Positions 37,232 to 46,991 of a stretch of 64,000 nucleotides of DNA are shown one piece after another. Positions within the stretch are counted from its first letter, which is position 1. The number at the start of each line of letters is the position of its first letter. The stretch covers positions 224,001-288,000 of the forward strand of contig JBGASG010000002.1 in NCBI GenBank assembly GCA_044229845.1, in the 5' to 3' direction. The position numbers and the translations under genes are program-made. A model generated the notes under the pieces. The model saw only the letters and a program-made list of their open reading frames with translations, ran no database searches and had not been told where the DNA came from. This DNA is from Candidatus Obscuribacteraceae bacterium (GTDB lineage: Bacteria > Cyanobacteriota > Vampirovibrionia > Obscuribacterales > Obscuribacteraceae).

Positions 37232-38983
37232 TTGGACAGCGCTCATATTATAGAACGGACTTCACGCCCTGCTGCACTGCATCGACTGCTGACGGGACTG
37301 TTCGCGCTTTTCTGCATTTTACATCTGTCCTTCGCGGCGACGGCTAACGCCGCAGGACCCGCAGATGCCGCCGCTGACAGCACCCCGATTCGCGACAAGT
37401 GGGCATTGATTATTGGCATCAGCAAGTTCGCCATGCCGTCGCTCAACTTGAAATTCGCAGCCAAGGACGCGGCTGACTTCAAAGAATTTCTGATTACGAA
37501 GTGTCACTTCGCACCTGACCACATCAAGCTCATGACAAACGAGCAGTGCACCAAAGAGCGCATCATGGACGTGCTCGGCGACAGCTGGTTGCCGAGGGTT
37601 GCCCTGCCGGACGACCTGGTTGTGGTCTTCATCTCGAGTCATGGCAGTCCGGCAGACATGGATGTGCGCGGGTCGAACTTCATCGTCACCTACGACACCA
37701 ATCCGGATCACTTGTATGCAACCGGATTGTCGTTGATGGAAATCGCAGTTTCTCTGAAAGATCGCGTGCACACTGGCCGTAGTATTTTGATTTTGGACGC
37801 GTGCCACTCCGCCGCCGACAACGACACCGGCAAAGGTCTCAATCGCGTGCTCAACTTCGACGTCAATCAAGTTGCCGCCGGCAGCGGCAGCATTGTGTTG
37901 AGCTCTAGTGAGAAATCGCAGCGCTCGTGGGAATCGAAGAACTACCAGAACGGCATCTTCACTCATACATTGATGGAAGCATTGCAAAGCAAGGGCGAAA
38001 GCACCAAATTGGGTGACGCATTTGCCTATTTGAAGGACAACGTGCAGGCGCAAACGGCGGCAGAGCGCGGCATGATTCAAACTCCGTGCATGGCGAAAGG
38101 TATGTGGAAAGGTCCCGACCTGGTGCTTGGTGCCAAGCCCGCGTCGCCGCGTAAGGCTTTGATAGATCCGAACACGGTCGGGCTCGGGCCGACTGCCATG
38201 CTTCCAAAAACGACGACGCCGACAGGTGAGCTGCCGGTGCCGGCTGCGGTTCAGCCAGCACCGCAAACGGGGCAGATACCGCCACCAAATCTCATGGGCA
38301 AGCAACCTCCGAAAATCGCGGCGAACATGACTTCGGGAACTACAGTCGCGCCTCGTCGGTTCGGCACCGCTCCCAGCATCGAGGGAGTTTGGATCGGCGG
38401 ACCGCCACTTAACCTCCGATACATATTCCAGCAGAACGGACGCAAGTGTCCGTGGCAGGTGCCCGATTATGGCACCACCGGTAATTCAACAATCAGCGAA
38501 GATGGCACCACGATGGCATCTTCCTGGAGCGGTCCCCTATCGGTGGGCAGTAACAATGCGACGCTTACCGTCAATGAAAATAACGTCGTCACTCTGATCA
38601 CTGCCGACGACGGACAAATGCTGCACCGTGAAGGTGGCGGCGGCATGACCTCGCCTAATTCGGTAAACATGCAGCAGATGCCCCAAACGACGACCACGCA
38701 AAATTACACCGGCGGCTTTCCGGATGTATCGGGTGTCTGGTTGAGCACGAGCGGATCGACTTATCAGGTGACGCAGTCAGGCAACAAGTTCGCCTGGACA
38801 AGCGCCACCGACGGCGAAGTCGGCATGGGCATGATCATGCCGGATCGCATGCATGCCACTTGCGCCTGGAAGGGGCGCACATCGGGAAGCTGCGATCTAT
38901 ATATTCAGTCCGACAGCACGGGGCGAGCCTTGAAAATGCTCAGCACCTCCGGTAGTGGCATGATCAGAGTACCGGGACAGTGA
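37232..38983 (+). CDS. Secreted caspase-family (C14) protein with C-terminal beta domains
   Basis: KWALIIGI, LKFAAKDA, ISSHGS (His), LDACHS (Cys), SWES...GIFT motifs. Confidence 0.88.
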   Translation: MDSAHIIERTSRPAALHRLLTGLFALFCILHLSFAATANAAGPADAAADSTPIRDKWALIIGISKFAMPSLNLKFAAKDAADFKEFLITKCHFAPDHIKLMTNEQCTKERIMDVLGDSWLPRVALPDDLVVVFISSHGSPADMDVRGSNFIVTYDTNPDHLYATGLSLMEIAVSLKDRVHTGRSILILDACHSAADNDTGKGLNRVLNFDVNQVAAGSGSIVLSSSEKSQRSWESKNYQNGIFTHTLMEALQSKGESTKLGDAFAYLKDNVQAQTAAERGMIQTPCMAKGMWKGPDLVLGAKPASPRKALIDPNTVGLGPTAMLPKTTTPTGELPVPAAVQPAPQTGQIPPPNLMGKQPPKIAANMTSGTTVAPRRFGTAPSIEGVWIGGPPLNLRYIFQQNGRKCPWQVPDYGTTGNSTISEDGTTMASSWSGPLSVGSNNATLTVNENNVVTLITADDGQMLHREGGGGMTSPNSVNMQQMPQTTTTQNYTGGFPDVSGVWLSTSGSTYQVTQSGNKFAWTSATDGEVGMGMIMPDRMHATCAWKGRTSGSCDLYIQSDSTGRALKMLSTSGSGMIRVPGQ

Positions 38984-38993
38984 GCAGATATCG

Positions 38994-39779
38994 ATGAAAA
39001 ACTGGCTGACTTCCAAGTTGATCACTCTGCTCTCTGCGGGCGCTGCGCTCACATTCCTAATTGTCGATGCGTCAGCCGAGACGGCGTCGAGCTTGAAGGC
39101 GGTGCAAGACCTGGAACCGAAGTTCAAACAAGATCCCAAACGCTGGAAATCAGATATGTCGAACGCCTGTTTCCGTCTCGCCACCGATTACTTCCGCGAC
39201 AAGAAATTCGCGGAGGCGAAAGCGGCATATCTGAAGTGCGAAGAAGTAGAACTCAAAGGCGTGGACGGCAAAGCTTCGTCGATGGCTCTGGCTGGTGCCG
39301 GCTACTGCTGCGTCGAACTCAAGCAATGGAATGAAGCCGAGAAATACCTCGGGCAAGCGCAGGTCATGAAGGACTCAGGCGATATGGGCGGAGAGTCGAT
39401 ATTGCTTGCCTTGGGAAAGGTCTATGAAAACACCAATCGGGTGAAGCTGGCCGAGAAGACCTTCCGCAAAGTGGCCGATGACGTGGCGAAGCGAGAAGCC
39501 GGGATGCCCCGACCGATCAGTTCGCCGGCCGCGTTCGACGCGTTGGCTCAGTTCCTGGAACACCAGGGCAACACCAAGGAAGCCGAAGAGTGGTATCAAA
39601 AGGTGGTGAAGCTGCGTCCGAATGCGCACGCTTATGGGCAACAGATTGAGTGCTTGCGACACTATGCTGCATTATTGAAGAAACAGAAACGCGCCGGTGA
39701 GGCTGCAACTCTGGAACGCCAGGCGAACGAACTTGCACAAACGCAAAAGCAATTGAATAAGTCAGGCGCGGATTACTGA
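38994..39779 (+). CDS. Secreted tetratricopeptide repeat protein
   Basis: Signal peptide; EAEKYL, LAEKTF and EAEEWY TPR helices. Confidence 0.85.
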   Translation: MKNWLTSKLITLLSAGAALTFLIVDASAETASSLKAVQDLEPKFKQDPKRWKSDMSNACFRLATDYFRDKKFAEAKAAYLKCEEVELKGVDGKASSMALAGAGYCCVELKQWNEAEKYLGQAQVMKDSGDMGGESILLALGKVYENTNRVKLAEKTFRKVADDVAKREAGMPRPISSPAAFDALAQFLEHQGNTKEAEEWYQKVVKLRPNAHAYGQQIECLRHYAALLKKQKRAGEAATLERQANELAQTQKQLNKSGADY

Positions 39780-39783
39780 CCCG

Positions 39784-40512
39784 CTAATCGTCGTGAGTGC
39801 CGTCGCCGGGGAACCAATTGTCCCACCATTCCTGTATTTGAAGTGTTTCGCCGATCTCGTCGAACTCTGCTTCCGAACTCATGGCGCAATGCATGAAATA
39901 ACCACCGGGAGTACTGTCGTCTTCAAAAGTAACGATCGACCGCCCATCGCTGTAGAACACTTCGATGTGCGACAGACGCTCTGCTTTTAACTGCAGCACC
40001 AGCGGAAACTGAGTGCGAATGCGTTTGATCGTCTCTTTATCTATTTCTGCCAGTCCACCGACTGGTGCGCCACCATTACCCAGTTGCCAGTGCAGCTCCA
40101 TGATCAAGAACTGACTCAATGTGCCACCCCATTCAAACCACTCGCCGTCAACATCTTCGGCGACCAAGACCTTCGGATCTTCTTGGTTTGGATCGTCAGC
40201 ATCAAATGAATAGAAGCCTGATTCGTGCTCTTCGTAGAACACCACACGACAGCCGGCGCGCTCCAACGGCAGTCCGGATCGCCACGAAGTTTCCGCATGC
40301 TCTACCGGTTCTCGCATGCGGTCGATAGCGCAATGCAGGCGCCTGAAGTTTCCACAAAGTCTATAGACATCTACAAGTGCGGTCGGCAACTTGGTGTTCA
40401 GCCCCGCTTCGGCGGCAGCGATTTCAGACGGCGGAACAGACCACTCAGGTTTCGGTTCACCGTAAATGCCCATCAGGACGTCGCTATAAGTGGCGAAAAA
40501 CTGACTCGGCAT
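39784..40512 (-). CDS. SMI1/KNR4 (SUKH) family protein
   Basis: EIAAAEAGLNTKLPTALVDVYRLCG, VFYEE, EDPKV and TLSQFL motifs. Confidence 0.78.
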   Translation of the reverse strand: MPSQFFATYSDVLMGIYGEPKPEWSVPPSEIAAAEAGLNTKLPTALVDVYRLCGNFRRLHCAIDRMREPVEHAETSWRSGLPLERAGCRVVFYEEHESGFYSFDADDPNQEDPKVLVAEDVDGEWFEWGGTLSQFLIMELHWQLGNGGAPVGGLAEIDKETIKRIRTQFPLVLQLKAERLSHIEVFYSDGRSIVTFEDDSTPGGYFMHCAMSSEAEFDEIGETLQIQEWWDNWFPGDGTHDD

Positions 40513-40589
40513 GAAACCTCCGGTTCGTAGACAACCGGATAGCCCGCCCTGGCTTGACAAGTATAGGTTTCGCCGGCCCTGGAGGCAAA

Positions 40590-41396
40590 TTAAACCTCGG
40601 AAGCTCCGAATTCGCCAGTTGTTTCGAGTTTGCATAACTGCTCTTCCCGAAGATCAAGAATCGCCTTGAGCAGGCGTGCATCCTCATCGACGACTTCGCA
40701 TGGAAACGTATAACCATATTGTGAATCCCACCAGCAGTCGTAAACCAAGACCTCGGTCCCTCCGGACAAATCGATTTTCGAGTCATCACCCAAACCGGAA
40801 TCGATGCCGAGTAAATCTACAGACAATACCGCACGTTCACCGGGCTTGAATGGCGCGCATTCCAGCATCTTGTAGAGTCGCGCGAAATGCGGACTTGGTT
40901 CCTCTGGGCAATCATCATCGTCTTGCCTCAACTCGACATGCGCTCCTACCTCAAGATACACCCATTCTGAGAAGTGCTCGAGCACTTTCTCGGCTTTGCC
41001 ACCAAACTCATCGATGCAGTACACCGGCGGATCGCTTTCACCGCTGGCGGTATCAAGGTAAAATACCTGTCCATCGCCGTCTGCGAATACGAACGCAGTC
41101 TTGGCCCATTCTCTCTTCCATGTTGGTTTCCACGCTCTGATGGTTTCGATGTGCTTAGTGACAAGGCTCGGGTAGGAGGCTGTGTAATCACCGAGGAAAT
41201 AACCGCGATGACGTCCGAAGCACCGGAGAAACTCTTTGTACATTTCGGGAAGCTTAACCTTGCAAGTATTTTCCAGACACGCAATGTCAAACTCAATGCA
41301 TCCATCTATCCGGCCGCTATATTCGAGATTTCCAGGAGCATTCAAAATCTCCGCCATCTCCTCGAAACTCATGCGCTTCGCGTTCTCGGATTTCAT
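40590..41396 (-). CDS. SMI1/KNR4 (SUKH) family protein with C-terminal extension
   Basis: GC...DI..LE....KLPEMYKEFL..FG, FYLD.....DPPVY and HFSEW motifs. Confidence 0.8.
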   Translation of the reverse strand: MKSENAKRMSFEEMAEILNAPGNLEYSGRIDGCIEFDIACLENTCKVKLPEMYKEFLRCFGRHRGYFLGDYTASYPSLVTKHIETIRAWKPTWKREWAKTAFVFADGDGQVFYLDTASGESDPPVYCIDEFGGKAEKVLEHFSEWVYLEVGAHVELRQDDDDCPEEPSPHFARLYKMLECAPFKPGERAVLSVDLLGIDSGLGDDSKIDLSGGTEVLVYDCWWDSQYGYTFPCEVVDEDARLLKAILDLREEQLCKLETTGEFGASEV

Positions 41397-41417
41397 AACT
41401 ACTTCGTGTGGCTCCTA

Positions 41418-42521
41418 CTAACGTGCTCGCTGCAGAAGTCGCTTGCTTTCATCCGCACGATTGGTGCGCGAGAGCATCTCGGCATAGTCTTGAAAAAATG
41501 TACGCGTGTCGCAGATCGGTTCCAGCGTGAACGTATCCACCAGCCACTCCATGTGTTTGAATCGCGGTTCGAGATACGCGAATTTTCCCGACTTGATGGC
41601 CATCGAGATGCTCTTAGAAGTAATCTCGTTTTCGCGGTTGAACTCCTGTTTGGCTCGCTCGCGCGCGCTAGCCGGTGGATAGCTGAACGACACCTTGTTC
41701 GGGATGCGATCGTCCAGAATCGCCTTGATCAAGTCATAGCCAGTGTTGAGTGCTGTTCGATTATCCGTGAGGTCCTTTTCTTCGAGCTTGAACGACTGAC
41801 TGCCGGCAGTAAAAACCAACTCGCGAATGGCTCCCAGATCCTCTATGTCGTATTCGTTTTCCTGAACCCTTGTTATAGAGTTCCAGGACATGCGCCCACC
41901 TTTGGAGTGCTCGACGCCGTTGCCGTCCATGACAAAGTGCCCGAATCTTCCTCTAAACTCGAACGGCGCTTCGTTCAATCGCTGCTGTAACTCGCTGCGC
42001 GCAGACTGTGGATCAACCAGCAATTTCAACTTGCCTGGAATTTTTGAATTGAGCGAGCGTGCCGCCAAATAGTAGCGATCCTGAGACAAGTCGACTTCGA
42101 ACGGCGACTCTCTTCTGCTCTGGATGTTCAAAATCGCCAGTTCGCGTTCTTCAACGACCGTGACATCAGACCACGGAATCGCTATTGGTTTCTTGCCACT
42201 CGATGCAAAAAACATCCCCCAGTCGTTCAGCACCAGACTCGATGCCAGTCCGGGACTGAAATCAACCTCAAGTTCCGACCGCGCACCATGCATGTGCTTG
42301 CGACCCAGATCGCGCGCCTTGCCAAGATTTGTCTTGCCCATAAGAAAAAGCACGACCAAACCAATCAGCACAAACGGGAGGAAAAACCAGAAGACCGGAA
42401 CACAACAAAGAATAATCACGAAGACAATCAGCCCGCCCGCGATAACGCCCGGATTCGAGTAATCGACTCGGTCTCGCGTTGTCATTTCGTCGCGTGGCAG
42501 GTTCTCGGACATGTCATTCAC
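41418..42521 (-). CDS. Hypothetical membrane protein (two N-terminal TMs, two PH-like repeats)
   Basis: Hydrophobic hairpin; repeated G......I/M.W..V/IT.V.E.E pattern. Confidence 0.7.
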   Translation of the reverse strand: MNDMSENLPRDEMTTRDRVDYSNPGVIAGGLIVFVIILCCVPVFWFFLPFVLIGLVVLFLMGKTNLGKARDLGRKHMHGARSELEVDFSPGLASSLVLNDWGMFFASSGKKPIAIPWSDVTVVEERELAILNIQSRRESPFEVDLSQDRYYLAARSLNSKIPGKLKLLVDPQSARSELQQRLNEAPFEFRGRFGHFVMDGNGVEHSKGGRMSWNSITRVQENEYDIEDLGAIRELVFTAGSQSFKLEEKDLTDNRTALNTGYDLIKAILDDRIPNKVSFSYPPASARERAKQEFNRENEITSKSISMAIKSGKFAYLEPRFKHMEWLVDTFTLEPICDTRTFFQDYAEMLSRTNRADESKRLLQRAR

Positions 42522-42573
42522 TTCAGCGTGTCAACGATCTATAGAAAATAGCATTTCATGGGACGCCAGAATT

Positions 42574-42627
42574 AAAGCGATATCGTTTGGGGTTTGAGGT
42601 CTAAGCCCAAGTGATATCACTTCAGCT
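42574..42627. repeat. Two-unit partial copy of the GATATC palindromic element
   Basis: AAAGCGATATCGTTT and AAGTGATATCACTT; cores at 42579 and 42613 (34 bp apart, as in copies A and B). Confidence 0.85.
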
Positions 42628-42668
42628 TTTTCGACTAAAGCCTACGGGCGCCGGCATAGTCAAGAAGA

Positions 42669-43147
42669 TTAAATATCGACTTCGACACGGGTGAGGACGG
42701 GCTGTGCGCCGGTTTCCTCCCGTTGGACGTACCAGACTTTGATCGGCACCTGACCTGTTTGCATCTTCTGCTCGAATACATCGTATGAGCCGATCTGCCA
42801 GCGGTCATAGAAGATGATCGGCTGGTCGGCGCCGTCGGAGAGCATGACCTCGAACCAACGTGGCGAGTTTTTGGATTCTGAATAGGCGCGCCAGGTGCCC
42901 GAAGTGGCGGTGCTTTCTTTGAATTTTTCGGGCAAGCCGCTCACTTCCTTATTGGTCTGACTGCCTGACCACCAGGCCAGCGGTCCGATGCAATTTGATA
43001 GGAGATTGCGAACGCAATCAGGGCTATACCGGCAACAGCAAAGAGGACGAACAAAAAACCTTGCCCGACACTCAATTTCCAGAGGCTACGATGATATATT
43101 TCCTGGTAGGCCAAAAGAGCACCCTCGACCGCATTTAGCCCTATCAT
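42669..43147 (-). other. Two small overlapping ORFs (68 and 91 aa), possibly one split membrane-protein gene
   Basis: TM-containing ORF 43147-42941 overlaps ORF 42944-42669 by 4 nt. Confidence 0.35.
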
Positions 43148-43229
43148 ACATCGGCAAATTCATACTGGCGTATGCGGACAGAGCAAAATTTAGCGTGCCA
43201 CCGCGCACGGTGAGGAATCAGTAAGAGCA

Positions 43230-44075
43230 ATGGCAACGTCTCAAGATCAGATCACGATAAAAACACTGGTGGAAGCCGGCGTGCATATGGGGCACCAGAC
43301 TCATCGCTGGAATCCTAAAATGCGTCCATACATCCATAGCACGCGCAACGGCATTCATATCATCGATCTGGAGCAGACCCTGCCGGCGCTGCAGAAGGCG
43401 TGCCAGGTCGTGGCTGAGGCGGCGAAGAAACGCAGCAACATCGTTTTTGTCGGAACGAAGAAGCAAGCCGCCGAGATCATTCAGGAAGAAGCGACGCGCT
43501 GCCGCGCTCACTACGTCAGTCGGCGCTGGCTTGGTGGCATGCTCACGAACTTCGAGACAGTGCGGTTGCGCATCGTGCGGTTGCGCGAGTTGGAACAAAT
43601 GCGCGAAACAGGCGAGTTCTACAGAAGACCGAAGAAGGAAGTTGCGGTGCTCAATCGCGAGTTGCTCAAACTCGAGAAATCGCTAGGCGGCTTGAAGAAT
43701 ATGCACGGCAAGCCGGATGTCCTCTTCGTGATTGATGTAAATCGCGAGTCTCTAGCGATTGAGGAAGCGAAGAAGATTGGAGCTACTGTAGTTGCGGTCG
43801 TCGATACGAATTGCGATCCGGATCGAGTTGATTACGTGATTCCGGGCAACGATGATTCGATGCGTTCTATTAAATTGATTGTCTCGGCGATTGCCGATGC
43901 TATTATGGGAGTTAGCCAGGACGCGCCCCCTCGCACTGACGTTCCAGACGCCCAACCGTCGGGAGTCCCTGGCAGGTCCGGTCGCCCCTCTGATGGCGGT
44001 TCCGAAAGCGGCCATGAAACCGAATCGGCATCGGCAGAGGAAGGAGAGGGCGGAGGGACCGACGAAAACGCCTGA
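43230..44075 (+). CDS. rpsB: 30S ribosomal protein S2
   Basis: EAGVHMGHQTHRWNPKM, RNGIHIIDL, FVGTKKQA, RWLGGMLTNF, DTNCDP and IPGNDD motifs. Confidence 0.95.
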   Translation: MATSQDQITIKTLVEAGVHMGHQTHRWNPKMRPYIHSTRNGIHIIDLEQTLPALQKACQVVAEAAKKRSNIVFVGTKKQAAEIIQEEATRCRAHYVSRRWLGGMLTNFETVRLRIVRLRELEQMRETGEFYRRPKKEVAVLNRELLKLEKSLGGLKNMHGKPDVLFVIDVNRESLAIEEAKKIGATVVAVVDTNCDPDRVDYVIPGNDDSMRSIKLIVSAIADAIMGVSQDAPPRTDVPDAQPSGVPGRSGRPSDGGSESGHETESASAEEGEGGGTDENA

Positions 44076-44128
44076 CGCCCAGGTGAATTCCTGAGACCCT
44101 ACGACAGTGTCGTGAAACTTCTATTTGC

Positions 44129-44551
44129 TCAGCCGACGGTGTTATTAGGCATGTAAACGGACAGCGCAAGGCGGGCACCAATCCGCGCGACTTGCCTGAT
44201 CGCTTCAACCGATAGCAGAGGCTGCCCGACTCGCAAATCGCCGGCGTCCGCGTCAAACCCGATATCGAACATGCGATCCTGGGCGTTGTTCCAGGCATCG
44301 CGGGCGGTATCGGTCAGCCCGTCGACCAGCTTGCAGAGGGCGATCACCGTGGCATCGGCAGTGTTCTCGGCATCGGTTGCGCAGGAGATGCCGCAACCAC
44401 TCAGTTCAACCGACAAGAGAAATGTCCCGGACTCGGGTTCAGTCTCGCCGCAGTAGAGAACGTCGACACTTTCACCCAGCCCGTCTCGCAGCGGTTGCAA
44501 ATCAAACTGCGAGCGAATCTCCAAATCGACGTTGCGATATCTGGCGCCCAC
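44129..44551 (-). CDS. Hypothetical protein
   Basis: ORF begins just after the kinase stop; Y.NVDLEI.S..DL..L...W......FDIGF pattern. Confidence 0.65.
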   Translation of the reverse strand: MGARYRNVDLEIRSQFDLQPLRDGLGESVDVLYCGETEPESGTFLLSVELSGCGISCATDAENTADATVIALCKLVDGLTDTARDAWNNAQDRMFDIGFDADAGDLRVGQPLLSVEAIRQVARIGARLALSVYMPNNTVG

Positions 44552-44553
44552 AA

Positions 44554-46848
44554 TTACCTGCTCAGCGAAGCTTCGATCTTGGGCAGGTCTTTTTCGCGGT
44601 GTGTTTGCTTAAGCAATTGGCGATATAAATCGCGCAGGCGGACACGTTCCACTTCGTATTCCGCATCCTTTTTGTCCACGTTTTTCAGCATGCTCAGCGA
44701 CTCGCGGAAGTTGTCTTCGGCGAGCGCCGGTTTGCGGTTCTTGAGATAGAACTCGCCCAGCAAGGTGGTGCCGTAAACCGAAAACGCGTTCTTCGGACCG
44801 AAGCTCTTCAAAAATGCTTTCTTGGCGAAGTCAAAGTACTTCTCCGCTTCGGCGAAGTTGCCTTGCTCGTGGAGGAGCGCGGCGTAGTTATCGGCGACCC
44901 CGCCCATGTACGCAGGATTGTCGCGGTAGAGCATGATGGCTTTCTGATAGTGGTCGGCGGCATCGGCCGGGCGGCGTTCGCGCTTGGCGATGTCGCCGAG
45001 GGCTTGTTCCGCGATACCGGTGATGATGGCATCGGATTTATACGTCCGCTGCAGTGCCACCAGTTGTTCATAAACCTGTTTGCCGGTCAGGTCGTTGCCC
45101 TGTTTGACGAGCACGTCTCCGTATAACTTCAGGATGCGCGCTCTTTCGGCAGGCGCGATTTTGGTTTTCGGCAGCTGTTTCACCATCGCCGCCAGTATGT
45201 CTTCAGCGCCGCTGTTCAAGCCGCGTTTCGCCAGGTCTTGCGAATAGAGAAAACCCGGTGTATTCCAACTCGGATCAGCCGGTTTGTTGTCGATAATGGC
45301 AAGCAACGTGGTGGCAGCCTTGCGATCGTCGTGCTGGGTCACGGCTTCGCGGTATCGCTGCCAGTGCCCAGGCATATCGAAGGGAGCCAGTTTCCACGAG
45401 ATGAACGTGCCGACGGCACCGACCAGTGCTACGGAACCGGCGACAGCGACCAGGCATTTGACGTTGCGGACCGCGCTCTTCAGCGAGAACTTGCGCGGCA
45501 CCTTCTTGCGTTTCTTGCACTTGAGCAAATCTTTGAGCACTTCGTCGACGTTCTTGTAACGAGCGTTCAAGTCTTTGTGCAGACACTTGAGTGTGAGCTT
45601 CTCAAGTTTCTTGTTGAACTTGATTTGCAGCTGACCGAAAGTCTTCGGTGTTTCGGTCAGTCGCGCGCGCACCGTTTCAGTAAGGTTGTCACCGCATGTA
45701 GGCAGAGAGCCGGTGGCGGTTTCGTACATGACGCAGCCGAGGCTGAAGATGTCCGAGCGCTTATCGGCGGGACGCCCCATACATTGCTCGGGACTCATGT
45801 AGAAAGGCGTTCCATGCACATCGCCCATCTTGTTGAGATTGAGGTCGATGCCGGCGGTGTTATCCGTGGATTTCGAAATGCCGAAGTCGGCAAGTTTCAC
45901 CAACCAGGAACCGTCTTCTTTTTCGGCAATTAGAATATTGCTTGGTTTAACGTCGCGGTGCACGATGCCCGCGCGATGTCCTTCGCGCAATCCCAGGCAG
46001 ACCTGCTCGAACACTTCCACGAAGCGCTCGTCGCTAAGGGTGCCGTGCTGTTTGAGGATATCGGCGAGCGTGCGTCCCTCAACGAACTCCATGACGAGAA
46101 AGGGTGTGTCTTCGGCGACACCGGATTCGAATATGGTGACGATGTTGTCGCCTGTCAGTTTGCAGGCGCGTCGGGCTTCATCGAGAAACTTCTTAACCAG
46201 GCGACGCTCTTTGTCGCGGCGCGTATCGAACAACTTGACGGCGACCGGCTGGTCGCGCTTCTTGTGCACCGCCAGATATACAGACGTCATGCCGCTGCCG
46301 CCGATGACGCCAACCGGCGCATATACTTCGGACAACAACTCGGGGAACGGCAAAATATTGAAGCGCTGCACGGTGTCGCTGGCGGTGCCCTGCCACTGGC
46401 GCGCGTCAAAAGCGTGCTGGGCAAAAACATCGACGGGATCCAGTTCAGCTTCGGCGTCCGGATCGTCATTCCAGACTATGGTCTCGGTATATACAAGGTG
46501 ATCAACATCGGCTCGGCGCGCGGTTTCTGCTGCCAGCGCCGACGCCAGCGGAGCCACCGGCACTGCCGACAGAGCCGCGGTATCGAAGGCGATGGCGTCG
46601 TCATAGAGCACCGAATCGTCGCGAACTTCGGGATCGTCGGTGTCGTACGGATCTTGATAGACCAGCGTGTCTTCGAAGAACGCGCCGAACTCATCTTCGG
46701 TAGCCTTGGGATCAAAACCGAGATGGCGGCGAGCCTCCGTCGCGGGCGGGGGCTCGGTATTAGCAGCTTCGCTGGAAGCGGGCTCTGAAGATTCCTCCGA
46801 TACTAACGAAAGTTCAGCACCACGGACAGTATCGGGATCTTGAAACAA
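44554..46848 (-). CDS. Hanks-type Ser/Thr protein kinase with TM helix and C-terminal TPRs
   Basis: GSGMTSVY, VAVK, HRDVKPSN, DFG, GTPFYMSPEQC and DIFSLG motifs. Confidence 0.93.
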   Translation of the reverse strand: MFQDPDTVRGAELSLVSEESSEPASSEAANTEPPPATEARRHLGFDPKATEDEFGAFFEDTLVYQDPYDTDDPEVRDDSVLYDDAIAFDTAALSAVPVAPLASALAAETARRADVDHLVYTETIVWNDDPDAEAELDPVDVFAQHAFDARQWQGTASDTVQRFNILPFPELLSEVYAPVGVIGGSGMTSVYLAVHKKRDQPVAVKLFDTRRDKERRLVKKFLDEARRACKLTGDNIVTIFESGVAEDTPFLVMEFVEGRTLADILKQHGTLSDERFVEVFEQVCLGLREGHRAGIVHRDVKPSNILIAEKEDGSWLVKLADFGISKSTDNTAGIDLNLNKMGDVHGTPFYMSPEQCMGRPADKRSDIFSLGCVMYETATGSLPTCGDNLTETVRARLTETPKTFGQLQIKFNKKLEKLTLKCLHKDLNARYKNVDEVLKDLLKCKKRKKVPRKFSLKSAVRNVKCLVAVAGSVALVGAVGTFISWKLAPFDMPGHWQRYREAVTQHDDRKAATTLLAIIDNKPADPSWNTPGFLYSQDLAKRGLNSGAEDILAAMVKQLPKTKIAPAERARILKLYGDVLVKQGNDLTGKQVYEQLVALQRTYKSDAIITGIAEQALGDIAKRERRPADAADHYQKAIMLYRDNPAYMGGVADNYAALLHEQGNFAEAEKYFDFAKKAFLKSFGPKNAFSVYGTTLLGEFYLKNRKPALAEDNFRESLSMLKNVDKKDAEYEVERVRLRDLYRQLLKQTHREKDLPKIEASLSR

Positions 46849-46991
46849 CGCGATCTCTTCCTCGCTTCGGGTCGCTCGAGGTAATTGTAAGGGGTATTCG
46901 CTTCATCGTGCCTTAAAAGTGCGGAAAACCTGTCGAAAACTGCGAAGAAATTTTCGACGGTATATATCAGCGATATGGAAACGCGACTCTA

